From the NCBI RefSeq assembly GCF_009914755.1, contig NC_060926.1: 64,000 nucleotides of DNA; one strand, given 5' to 3'. Below the pieces are notes generated by a model. That model made no database searches. It was not told where the DNA came from and saw nothing but the letters and a program-made list of their open reading frames with translations. Within the stretch, counting starts at the first letter, position 1, and each line of letters opens with the position of its first letter. The stretch comes from the human T2T-CHM13v2.0 reference genome, Homo sapiens. Below are positions 1 to 12,520 of the stretch, piece after piece. Position numbers and translations under genes: made by a program.

Positions 1-929
1 CTGGATTGGGTTTTCCTTTAAAAAAAAGTTCACCATGAGATATCAACATTCATTCATTTATTCACTCACTTTGGTTAACAAACATTGAGTGACTATTGTG
101 CACACAGAAACATTGTTGTGACTCTTGAGAATTTGACCAGATAAGAAAACAAAACTAAACAGAAAATACAAAAAGCATGAAAAGTGAATTTCTGTTATTT
201 AAATAAATGCTGAAATAGTGCTCCTCTTCCTCTACCTCATTCTTCATGTTGCCACTGGAGTTTTTTTTTCCTAAATCCGTAATATGATGGCATTACTTCC
301 TGGTTTCAAACCTCTGACTACCATCACTGCCTATTAAATGTCACGTGGCCTTTCAGAACCTGTTGGTATCCTGCCTTTTCTGTCTCAGCTGAGGCTGCAT
401 CCTAAACTGCTCACTCTTATGCCCCAACTGGCAGGCACTCTCACATCTCCTTGCCTGCCCTCTTGCTACTTCCTCCTGGGGCACATCCTGTGTTCTCTCA
501 TTCTCTGTTCATCCTGCAGGATCCAACTCAAATGGCCTGGTTGGAAACTGCAAATAGACTAGCGTCTTACGGTTTAGCATGCACAAGAATAGAGAGGCAG
601 CAGCCTAGCAGGCTCAGAACATGGGATGGCTCCATATTGTTGGAGGGCCTGTAGGTGTGATAATTTCACTCTGCCATGTATATATTTGGGGAGCCTTTGG
701 AGGTATGGTTTTTACCCCAGGGGATAAGATTGGACTGAGAAAGACTAATTAGGAAATGCTGGAACAGTTCAAGGCAGAGACAAAGGCCTGTCTAAGGTGG
801 TGCTGCAGGGCTGCTCATGGTCTTGTTCAGACTCCTGCAGCTATATCAGAACTGTCTGGCTGAGCTTGCTCCTTAAAGTCTCATTACAATTTTTTTGGAC
901 ACTGACTGTCTTCTTGGATCTCCTATAAT

Positions 930-1356
930 CTGATTTTAGCTCTTACACATTCTTCCTTGTTCTCTCAGCTCAGGCCATCCTGACCTCCTTGCTGTTCTTT
1001 GAACCTTTAAGAAAATCCCACTGTGGGAGCTCTGCCCTTTCTGCTCCCTCTGCCTAAACACAGTCCCCACCATTCTCTGCTCAGGGAGTGTGTCCCTACT
1101 GACTCCATTTCAATTAGCACCCCTCTCAGCCACATTCTCACTTTTTACCCTGCTTTATCTCCTTTTTGGTACTCACAGCCATCTCCTATTGTGTGTATAT
1201 GTTTTTACTGCCCTGTTTACCCCATTCAGAATGTAGATTCTTTAAGATTAAACAGCAGTTTTGTTCTCTGCTATATTCCAGCATCGAGAACTATGCCTGG
1301 CATAGAGTAGGTGCTCAAAAATATATATTTAATCATTTAGTAAATTAATAAATAAG
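930..1356 (+). mobile_element. L2 (L2a-like) LINE 3' fragment
   Basis: Typical L2 3' end motifs: 'gacctccttgctgttctttgaac', 'tgcctggcatagagtaggtgctcaaaaata', followed by a degenerate (AATG/AATA)n-like tail. Boundaries approximate. Confidence 0.7.
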
Positions 1357-2119
1357 TGAGCGTCACAAATCCCCCTGATTCCTCCACTAATCGTTCTACC
1401 ATCACAAGAACTGATGGGCAACCTTTATGCCAGTATTTTCCAAACCTCTTCACCTCAGGACGTAGAAAATATGATAATATTTGCCTGGTATGACAGTATA
1501 CTAGCAGGGTTTTAAAGATAGCTATCTGGTGCTTAGTGAACAAAAAGGAATTACGTTTTTCAGTTCAATTATGGTAAGAAAAATGAAATCAAATATTGGA
1601 TAAAATGTTAAATATTGAATTTTCATAAAAGTTCCAAATGAAAATTTTGTAATTTTACAAAATTTTATAACCACCACTGCCTTATGGCACAGCTGTAACC
1701 TGTTTGCCACATACCGGCGGGTGTTGGCTCCCCGTTGCCTTTTTCCATTCTGTCTGGATTTCGGATTTTGCCTTTGGGGCAGGCCTTGCTGGCAGCACAG
1801 TGTCCCTCGCTGCATCCCACACCTTCCTTGTGAGCTGGCCTGTTCCATCAGGGCAGTTAGCTGGACGGTGGCCCATGCTATGATAATAAGGATGCTGAAT
1901 GTGAATTGTCTGCCTTCACCAGCATGACAAAATAGTAAGTAAGTAATGTTTGCGAAAGTTTGGCGTGTTGGAGGCCTCCTTGCTTAACCGCAGCTGAGCA
2001 GCACCATCTGCTTGGGAACAGCCAATTTGTTGTTTGTTTTACACTGAGTTTATTAAAGTTACCCAAGGGAGAGTAGGAGGGGCCTTATTTGGAAGCCTGT
2101 TTCCTTGAAAACCCGCATG

Positions 2120-2300
2120 ATTTAGTGGAAAGAATACTACAAAAGTCCTCCTAAGACCCAGGTTCTAGTCTTACCCATGGTCTGAGCTGTACAGTCTTAT
2201 AAATTGTTGCCTCCTCTGAGCTTTGGTGACCTCAGATGCAAAATGAGAATAATGCCTTTCCTTTCTATGTCTCAGAGCTGTTGTAAGAATCACATCAAAT
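2120..2300 (+). mobile_element. MIR SINE
   Basis: 'agtggaaaga...gacccaggttctagtct...ctctgagc...cctcagatgcaaaatgagaataat...gttgtaagaatca' matches the MIR core. Confidence 0.65.
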
Positions 2301-4278
2301 CTTATAATGGCAAACTATAAGGGCTCTGATGAGTAAAATTAGATTTCCCAGTGTAGACCATCCCATTGGGATTGTTGCCAGGGTAATTCCTGTCCGTGGG
2401 AGTGCATACCAAGAGTCGGTCCCTAAAAGCCTGGGTCCAGGCTTTCTTATCTGGAAGCTTCAAAAGCCACTATGCCTCTTATCCATTACAAATGAAAAGA
2501 CTCATGAGTAAAATGCATGTTCCTATTTTAAACCTGACAACTTGTTAAGTTATATACAGTATTCCTAAAATGAACTCATTGGCATCAAGACTTGTCTACA
2601 AGCATTGAAATGAGGATATAGCTTTACATAGATTAACAAAGTCTTATTAAAAGGTTACCATTTCTGTATTCAGACTACTTGTACATGTTTCTCTTTTCTT
2701 CTAAGGATTCAGAATATTTAATTCAAATCATTTATTCTCTTGCCGTAAACTCCAGACACAAGTCGAAACTTACTTTGTTAGTTTCTCTTCTCAAACACTC
2801 CGATATTTTCCAGAAGTGATTCAGTTTAATTCAGTGAAATGATCTTTAGTTCAATTCTCAAAAGCAAGGGATGGTGTTCTAGTTAATAAACACTCATAAG
2901 AGGCTTTGCTGTAATTCTTGAATATCCTTATTTTTTTAATATTAGGGAGCATCAAAGGCATTAAAATTATACTATCTTTTCGAAGCACTGTGTTGTTAAT
3001 TAGTCGTTTTCATCATTTTGATCATCTTGTTGAGAAGTTGTTTCCACTGGTTGCTACTTTTTTTTTTTTTTAATGTTTTAGCATCTCTGTGTGCTTCGAC
3101 ATTTTTCCTAGTTTTTATCTCAATGAAACCTACCTTTTTTGTATCTAGTGCACATGCATTGAGAGGAAAAGACGTGTTTTTAAAAATTGTCTTAAATTGC
3201 TCACATTTTTTAAAACACATATTTTCAATTTTGTGTTTTGAGTCTCAGGTGAAGAGTGTAAGAGAGACTGTAGAAAACATTACTTTTGGAGAAGGCTCCT
3301 ATTTTGGTTCCACAGATTGAAAATCAGATTTTTCCAAGGATTTTGTAACATATGGAAATTGACATCCCCTGAAATTTGGAGACACCAAAATAGAAAGTAA
3401 GGCCAGATTTATTTTCACTTTTAGTAATCTGGCTCTATTACCTTGAATAAACTAGCCTTTAGAGAATTACTTAAACTCATTGTAGAAAATATGGAATATT
3501 TAGAAATATATAAATAAGAAAATAGAATATGAGACATTCTACACCCAGATATAATTACTGCTGATGTTTTAATATATTTATTTCTGTATTTTATTAGTAT
3601 GCCTGTAATCTATATATTTTTTAAAAAACAGGCACTGATCAGTTTAGAGTCTTGCATTTTGCTTTTTCTCTTGCCATCACATTATGAGCATTTGTAGAAT
3701 GAATAAACTAAAAGCCATTAAATATTCAATAGTACATTAAAAGGTTGTATATTATTCTTTATATGGACATGATATAATTAATTTTACTGCTCCATTATCA
3801 TTAGGTAGGGACAAATTTTTTACTATTATTAATAACCCATAACAGGACATTTCCACACACAAATTGTTTTTATTTCTAATTGTTTCCTTGCAACCATCAA
3901 AGACTTTTTGTGTTTCTCCTATCAATTTGGATCTTTTTCTATATCAAAGATACTAACTTTTATTGAGACAACTTTTCACTCATTAGTTAGAATGTTAGAA
4001 ACATTAGTTTCATTTAGTTAGAAACATTAAATAGAATATTTTTCAAAATTTTTTTAGCTAGTCCTTATTCAATAAATGGAGTTTCTCCTCTGGGCTAGGG
4101 ATACTAGGCAAGATAGACATGCTCTCTGCCCTCACCATGTACACACCACAAGACTCGGGAGAGTCTTATATTTCTTCAATGGAACTCTAAAATCGCTTTG
4201 ACGGTATAAGAAAAAATGCAAAGATTTTAATTGTAATAGCAGTAAACCCATGAAATGGAGAAGAATTGACATTCTTAC

Positions 4279-4334
4279 AAAATTTGTTCTATGTCTGAGA
4301 CATAAAAAATTTGTTCTATGTCTGAGACATAAAA
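4279..4334. repeat. Perfect 27-bp tandem duplication (aaaatttgttctatgtctgagacataa x2)
   Basis: Read directly; also visible as KFVLCLRHK repeated twice in the ORF track. Confidence 0.95.
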
Positions 4335-4574
4335 GGTCTATTTATGTGTTCTTTTATGATTTTTCAGTGAAGAGCTGTAGTATTCATTTGTTCCTGCATG
4401 TTTTTATGTTTTTAATTACAATTCTTTTTATTTTTTCATTGCATGTTGAGAAATGTCTTCCCCCCCATTCTGTTACTGTAGATATAGAAGAAAATTATTC
4501 ATTTTTGTATATTTAGTTTATGTTTGGCCATTTTCTAGAGTTCTGTTTTTAGTTCCTCTATGAGACAGATAGAC

Positions 4575-4770
4575 ATAGTTTTGAAGCGTGGCTTTGGCAC
4601 TACCAGTTCTGTGGAGTTGGGCAAATTACTCAAGTCTTGGTCTGTTTCTCAACTGAGCGTGAGGACAATACACTAACCTTAGGAGTTATTAAGATTTAAT
4701 GAGCTACATGTTAAATAGCTTAGCACAGTCCCTGGCACATAGTACTCATTTGATAAATGGTAGATCGTTA
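4575..4770 (+). mobile_element. MIR SINE
   Basis: 'tgtggagttgggcaaattact...tctgtttctcaactg...gcttagcacagtccctggcacatagta'. Confidence 0.7.
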
Positions 4771-5206
4771 TTGCCATTTTCTTAAATTCTTTAAATCATT
4801 TACTTCTTTATTTCAATTTAGCCTAATGTCTTCCACTACAATGAACAGTTTTTCCTTTATAAACTTAAATACTACACCATTCAAAGAATAAATTTTATTG
4901 TTGGCATTACTGTTGTTATTATTGTAACTACATGGCAGATTTTACCTATTATATTATGATTCTTTTGTTCCATTTAATTTTTTAATTCTAATTCTTCAGT
5001 ATCTGATATTATGGTTGTGATGCCTGCTTTGTTTTTGTTGTGATTGTGTGATACTCCTTTTTAATCTCTTTGTCCTTTTGTGTTAGCTATGTTTCTATTA
5101 GCAGCATACATTCAAGATAATTTGCCCCAAACTTAAATCTTTTGTTTGCTTTTAAAAATAGTTCTATAGATTCACATTTATGTCATCGTTGATGTATTTG
5201 ATATTA

Positions 5207-5542
5207 CAGTAGTGCCCCCTTATCCGCAGGGCATACGTTCCAAGACCTCCAGTGGATGCCTGAAACTGCAGATAGTACAAAACCCTGTACATACCATGCT
5301 TTTTTGATTTAACTCATAGAAATGGCCTCTAAGTGACTAGTGGGTGGTGGTCTATACAGTGTGAATGTGCTGGACAAAGGGATGATTCAAGTTCTGAGCG
5401 GGATGGAGTCAGACAGCACAGGTTTCATCATGCTCTTCAGAGTGATGTACAATTTAGAACTTACGAATTGTTTATTTCTGAATGGCAGTCATGGATAACT
5501 GAAACTATGGAAAGCAACACTTCGGATAAGCGAGGACTATTG
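5207..5542 (+). mobile_element. MER44A-like TcMar-Tigger MITE
   Basis: Terminal inverted repeats cagtagtgcccccttatccg ... cggataagcgaggactattg, TA on both sides (5205-5206, 5543-5544), about 336 bp, and internal 'gttccaagacctccagtggatgcctgaaac'. Confidence 0.85.
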
Positions 5543-8500
5543 TATTTCTCACATTTGTTTAAAATGTTTCATACCTCCTGGTTTTGTTTGTCTTTTCTGT
5601 TGCTTTATGGATTTTTTCCTTCCTTTCTCCCCCTTTTTTCGTTCCTTCTTTCCTGGCATCTTCTTCCCCTTCCCCATAGTTATTTATAAAGTATGCATTT
5701 GTTTTTAACACTAACAATTACCTTTACATTAAAATAACACTTCTTAAGCCTATATTTCACTAATTACCAGCATGGAGAAAAAGCTGCTTTTGATTAGCCA
5801 CTTTGTAGGATTGGAAATTACCTCTTTTTACTACTTTTTAAAAAAACGTACTTCACAGTTTGTGTTAATATAATCTGGGGTGTTACAGCCAGATAATAAA
5901 AGTTAAATAATGATTTTTTAAGTATTAGGCTTCTTCTTTTGCAAGAGCCATTATATAAAATATTAATTCATATTCATAATAATATTTTAACACCTTAGAC
6001 ACATCATCATTGATATTATTTTTTATTTACCATCATTTATATTATAACAATACTTTGTTCTTTTCATTTGTAAAAATTTTGAGTATTCTCTGTTAACTTA
6101 AATATACCTTTGAGTAATTTTATTTTTAGAAAACGGTATATGGATAATATGCTTTCTGAGCTCTCGTGTATCAGAGACTATCTTTGTATTGCTTTTATAG
6201 ATATCCCACAATTGTTTGCATATAGAATTCTCAAATTAATTCCACAAAATTGTTTAGATATTATTTCATTATCACCCAGCATTGAATGCAGCTCAACAGA
6301 AGTATAAGACCAGCTTAATTTTTTTACTTTTTTGTAAGTAGCCCACATTTCTTTTTGATATAAATAGGATATTATTATGTTTTTACTTTCCTGCCACCCT
6401 TTTAAATGATTGTCCTTAGGTTGGCTTCCCATTCTCTGTTTCGTGTCTGCATTTGTCTTGTGACTCACAGTTTTTGTTGTTGTCCTTTATCTGTACCCTC
6501 TGCATGTGCACCTAGTATTGGCTTTTATGTCACTGACCGTATGTTTTCAGCACAATCTATGCATTAATTCTTTAATGCAGATTCATTTACAACAATAAAA
6601 TTCTAGATCCCTCTCAAGCTTTTCTTTATTCTTTCAATTTCTTTATCACCTACACATACATCTCAACTCTTTTCAAACCAGTCTGTTTCCTGATAATTTT
6701 TATCATTCATCTCTTGCTTTTGAGGACAAGTTTTCTTAAATTTCATCAAGAACACTGAGATGATGCTTTCCTCTCTCCCTTTAGGTAAGTAAACCGAGAA
6801 CAAATGTACTCTGTTTTTATGTTGGAGAATCTCATGATAAACTGTTGTCATCTTTATTTGCTTATCTAAGAATGAGGTGTGTTTTATTCATGTCAGGCTT
6901 TGTGAATATACCATACTGGGTAAGTAGATTCTGTTTGGCACACCTTAATGTTTTCCTCGTTATTAGAATCTTCTATTTAAATCTTAAGCTGATGGCCAGA
7001 TATCCAGTGGCATGTAGTCATCTATCTAGTAACATTCTTTTGAACTGGAGAGGGATTTTCTAATCTATTTTGGTCATCTCACTTTGAACAATTTGGATTT
7101 TCTCATTCCAGAACTAATAACGTAAAATCCGTGATGTCCAAACCGTCTCCCTTCCAAGGCTCTTATTGATTCAGACATTTCTATCTCAGATTCAGTGTGT
7201 CACTACCCGTCCCACCCATACGTATGGTGCCTTTCTAAAATTATAACCTATGAAAGAACATATAACAGTAGGGATTAATAAGGGTTGAGAATGGCGTGGT
7301 GCAACGATAATGGATTAGCTCTGGTTATTTAATAAAGCAGCTTCTACTCAGTTCCTGGTTCTGTGGTCAGCAGGGCCACCATGTTGCTGGGAAGGGGTAC
7401 AGAGTAGAGGTGAGTGGGAATCTCCAACTTTCTTTTTTCCCTAACCTGACTGTCTTGTCTCAGGGCTTTATTCATTCTTTGATTACATGCTACTTCTCCT
7501 GGAGGAGGTCTGATTATCTATTAATTTATCTAGTTTCCACTACTATTGCAACTTATCTGTGTTCCCCCTGTGTTTCAAGAGTGTGAAGAGAAGGGTGAAT
7601 CAGATGCCCCTGAGTAATCCCTATAATAATACAGAAGCATGGTATAATTCATAAAGAGAAGCACCTCACAGGCTGAAGATAAAACAGTGAGCAGGGAGTA
7701 CATCTTCAGTAGAAAGCAGTTAACAGAGGATCAAACCCAAGCCTTCTCTGAGATCCAAGGGTGGGGGCTTCACCATCGTTCGTATGAGAATATTAGACAC
7801 AATTATTGTGTTCATATTAGAGAATCTATAGAACTTATCATGCATAATGAATAAAAGAAATGTATAAGGGGAATTGTCGGGGAGCGTTAAGAAGCCAAGG
7901 TTCTGGGAGTTTGGGTCGGCTGATGATACTTAGAAGATCTTTGCAATTCCGTTTATTAACCTGCTTATTCCCTAAATCAAATAATCTGTTCATTGAGGTC
8001 TCAGCTGTGTGTTGAGAATAACATTTCAGGAAAACTGTCTTTAGACTCTCCAGTTTTGAGCATCCCGAGGGAGCCATTTTTAAAGATATCTCTCATTCAT
8101 GCATGCAGCTTTTGAATTCACATTCTTCTTCCTGTTCAGAATAGAGCAGCTGCTTCTGCAACTGCAGGAGACTTTCCTACTTAGAGTGAGGTCTGTCACT
8201 ATCATTTTATGGCAGACTGAATCTAATGTTGGTTGTTAGTTTCTGAAATAATTAAATATTGCCTGCTGTTGTACCTCTTCAATCTAGGGCTCCTTATCAA
8301 AGCACAATTGGGGCCACTACTCTGAGACTCTTGCACTTCACTCCTTGGACTCCCTATTTGGTAGAAATCTAAAGGCACCTTAGTGTCTTCCAAGCTGGAG
8401 ATGGGCCACACTTAAGTGGTGGAAAACATGGAGCCAAGTCTTGAACCAGGAGGAAGATTTGGGAAGTGGTATATAGATAAGAGTTGGTAACCAGAACCAA

Positions 8501-9870
8501 AGAGTCAAGGGTTATTTCACTGCCAGTGTACCTGTCCTACTCTACACAAGTGGCTCCCTGGATCTCAGAGGCTGAAGATCAAAGAATTGAAGGACACTAA
8601 GTTGATGGGCACTAAGAGCTAGAAGGACTGCTCAGTAGTCACCCAGAGAGCTGGATGGATGGCTGTGGAGACTCATAAACGAAATCTGGACAAGATAGGC
8701 AGTGTCTGACTATGACAGACCACTAAAATCTATGGTAAATAAAACTTATGGATGAATCGTTTTGAAAGTTCTGTATTTGACAGAAACACTTGCGTTGCAG
8801 TCAATAAGCTGATGATAAAAATAAGGTCTTTGTTCAGTAAGAGTGCTAGCTGAACACTTTATAGTTCCAAATGCCCTCCTATTTATTCTGAATTAGCTTG
8901 TTCACACTTTAATGGATAAAAATTTCCATTTTAGGTTTTTATATATGATTATGCATTGCAGTTAAAGCCTGTTTTTGGGAAAGGTTTTACGATGTGATTT
9001 TATTTGTTTGCTAGTAAAATTTATTACCGTAATACTTTTACCATCCTCATTTAATCTTCAGACTTCTCTTTAAAAAAAGTCAATTCACCATTATGTTAGC
9101 TTCTCACATGAGGTGAGGGGGGTTCTAGTTTCACAGTGTGTACATTCTTATTGGCTTTGTCTTGAATATTTTATTCTGAGGACAGTGAAGTCAGTTTTTA
9201 CAGGAATAAATCATTTAACCATATTAAGATTTGAAAGGGTTATAAATGGTTTATTTTCAGCCATCATTGTGAAAAGAGGAAAAGGGGGGAAACACTCCAC
9301 GCTAACACTTAAACGTGTCAATTTTCAAAATAGTGCTGAGGAAAAGCTTCTCCTTTTTTTTCTTTTGAAACAACAGAGTTGGGTGAAGAAGTTATATCTG
9401 GTTTATTTCCTCTTGAGCTATTCTCTCCTAGTTATTTTAAATATGAATATACATTTCTGAAACAATAATTGTTATTTCTAGGGAGTATACTAAGAAATAA
9501 ATACTCCTTGCATATGTATAAGAAGTCTAAAAATACTTCTTTTATATATATTTTACATATAAATTTCTCTGAATTTATTTATTTTAAAGTTTAAATTATT
9601 TTCATGGATTCCAGAAATAAAGCTTATAGTTCATTTCCACTTTTTATAGCACCTTATATTAAGACCCATTTAGTTTTTAGTATTTTTGTCCATGGATGTA
9701 TCTTCATTCACATATGTATGTGAATTTCTTTGTTTTAACACTCAGAACATGATAATTTAAGCCCTGTGTTGTTATTGAACTTTATATGGGTCGAATGTTT
9801 CCCACAGGACTAAACTGCTCCCAGGACTGCCACACAATGAGATAAAGACAATCTAGCAAAAATGGATCTG

Positions 9871-9930
9871 CCAGGAATTCGAGGCCAGCCTGGGCAACGT
9901 AGTAAGATCCTGTATATACAAAAAAAATTT
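9871..9930 (+). mobile_element. Short Alu/FLAM fragment
   Basis: 'ccaggaattcgaggccagcctgggcaacgtagtaagatcctgt' followed by an A-run. Confidence 0.75.
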
Positions 9931-11329
9931 TTTTTAAATGTGTTCATTACCATTGATTCTGGTCATTGATTTTGCAGAACAACTCAATTTAAATTTTCAA
10001 TGGTTTAGATTTTTTTTCTGAAGTAATTGATCAATCTGTTTATATCATAGAGTTGGTCTTGAAGAGAGAAGGAATAGTAGGTAATTTAACTAATGCTTAG
10101 TCTCTGAGCAAAGTACATTCTTACATCCCATGCAATGAAAGCCTCCTTTATGTTCCTAATAGATGCTGAATTTTTATTTTCATGTTGTTAATACACAGCA
10201 AGTATTTTAAACTGATGTTTGTATGATTGTGCTTGAAGATATAGTTCATATGAAAGGTGCTATAAAAATAAAATCAAATTCTATATATTACCACACATCC
10301 ATATATACATACACAAATCATCAGCCCAAATTCATATTCCTCTAAAAATATTTGTAAATGTTACTCCAAAGACACATTTGGTAGATTCATTATTGAATCT
10401 TTATATAAAATTCATCTTCTATAAGCTGTTCAAAATCTTTAGAATTCTTCAACATGTCTTAATAATTGTGTTTGAGTAATGTTTTACATTTATAGGAGTT
10501 TTAAAAAGGCAGGTGCAATGTGACATATCAGAAGAAGCAAATTAAACTCTTGTAAAGCACAGCTGGAATGCTAAAAATGTGTATTTGTAATTTAAATATG
10601 TGACACCATCACACTGTAAAATCAGTTCATAATTAGAAAACATCTGTTTTTTCCAATATGATGCCTAATAGTATATTTAAATAATTTAGAATGCAATAAG
10701 AAAAAAAGTCAAGGAACAATAAGTGATTCATGGACATTTCTTTCCTTTTGTTTAATGCCCTGTAAGAGATCTTGGAGTAACCTATCATTTTGAAGCTACT
10801 TTTTGGATAGTGCCTAATCATCAATGTTGAAATGCATATGCCAAACATATGTGCTGTTATGACCTTATTGTGTCAGTCAAAAATAAATAAATAAAACCAG
10901 TCTGTGTAGGTTGTGGTGTTAAGAAGAATTTACACACTGTTATTTCTCTCTCACCTCACTCTTTTTTTTTTTTTCAATCAAAAGACATTGAAGCAAATAC
11001 AAGTTGATTATTTTCACAGGAAATTTATGAGAATGTATTGCAAATACAGGGGAGCTGTTGAGTTATATGAGTTCTGGAAATATACTTGAACCAGGTAAAA
11101 TATTGAGCTAAAACTTATCAGAATCAATTCTAGTTTAGCTAATAAAGTTTGAACAAAACCACAATTTCTCAAATGAAGTTAACATGGTAGATTAGCCACA
11201 CATCTGTCATCAGTGTTTGCATAGGAAGGTATTATATATGTGTGATGAAAACTCAAATGGGTATTTCTATTCTAACTGAAGTATGCACGCTGAATGGTCT
11301 CTTGGTTTATTGGCAGTAAATCGTGTAAC

Positions 11330-11362
<33 letters not shown>

Positions 11363-11559
11363 TCCAAGTAATTGTTTCAGATATGGACAAACCAAATGTG
11401 GCTGGAAAGTTCTGGTTTTGGTATTTCTGGCCTGTGTCTGGAAAGGTTTGCAAATCCAAAAATAAATAAGTAATAACACAAATTAAAAAATAAAGTATTT
11501 GCACCAGCTAAGAAGCAGAATAAAAGCAGTTGGAAATACAGGTCAGGAGTACTGCTAAA

Positions 11560-12520
11560 GCTTAGTCACCAAGCTATGGTGAGTAAATTAAGTGCAGCAA
11601 GGACTGCCTGACAATGAACTTTGTTGAGCGAGAGGGGAGTATTATAATGTAGGGACTTACCTTTCTATTTTAAATGCAATTTTGTCCCTTTAATTCTTGG
11701 GGTGGGGGTGAAAACTCGCTTTTTTTGCAGGGTTAGAGTACACAAAGTTAATCTGCTACCATTTATATTCATCTACTTTGAATCGCCTTTTATCCACCTT
11801 TGCTGCTACAGCCCACCACTCGCCATTCATCAGTTTATGCATTGTGCGCCAGGGCAAATAATGACAGAATATCTAGCTAAAGAAGGGGTACTTAATCAGC
11901 AATCAAGATTCAATTTGTTTTAATTTTAGCAGGTGTTTGTGAGGTACATTGATGGGAGAGATAATATGTGCTGCTTTCATTAGCTCTCTTGTTTTTGTGC
12001 TTGAACATTTAAGAGCCAGATGTTCGGAGGTGAGCTGATCAGAATATTAAGTCTCCAGAGGTTGGTTTCCATAGTGTTTTACATTCCTTTCTTTATCTCC
12101 CTCGGTTCACCCTGAGCTGTGAGGTGCAAGTGCTGGCAATGACAGACTCCATCTCAACGTCCTGTTCAACTAAGGCTTTAAATTAGTGGCTAATTTTTGG
12201 TATGAAATACTTTAGTTTAATAATCTGTCATTAATTCTTGGACTCTGGGTCAGCCTCGTTTCTCATGTAAAACTCTTTCAGCTGATAATCTATTTTAGAA
12301 ATTATTTGTGTAGCAGCTGGTATTTCATCAGGATATTTTCCTGAAGCAAAAACATGAGAATCACAAAAGCTACAAAGGTAATGACCCCATCATCTTGTTA
12401 AATCAATATCCAAACTTAATCAGCACTCTGTCATCACTAGTCAAAACACGACAGTGATGACATCATCATGGCATGAACAATAATAGGAGGGCCATTCAAA
12501 ATTGGTAGCTTTGCTGAGCT
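11560..12520. promoter_or_regulatory. Candidate conserved non-coding element / enhancer cluster
   Basis: No recognisable repeat, several retained CpGs, four TGACAG/CTGTCA sites (11862, 12140, 12225, 12428) and many TAAT cores. Conservation is inferred, not measured. Confidence 0.45.

Larger units (their letters stand above)
3460..7100 (-). mobile_element. Degraded ancient L1M (L1MC/L1ME-like) fragments, interrupted by MIR and MER44
   Basis: Long T-rich stretch with old-L1 antisense-type phrases (e.g. 'tctgatattatggttgtgatgcctgctttgtttttgttg', 'atatggataatatgctttctgagc'). Boundaries, strand of individual pieces and subfamily uncertain. Confidence 0.45.

Noticed and set aside
1999-2016. CTCF-like motif on the minus strand (ccaagcagatggtgctg)
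   Set aside because: It has mismatches at key core positions and is better read as an E-box; too weak to call.
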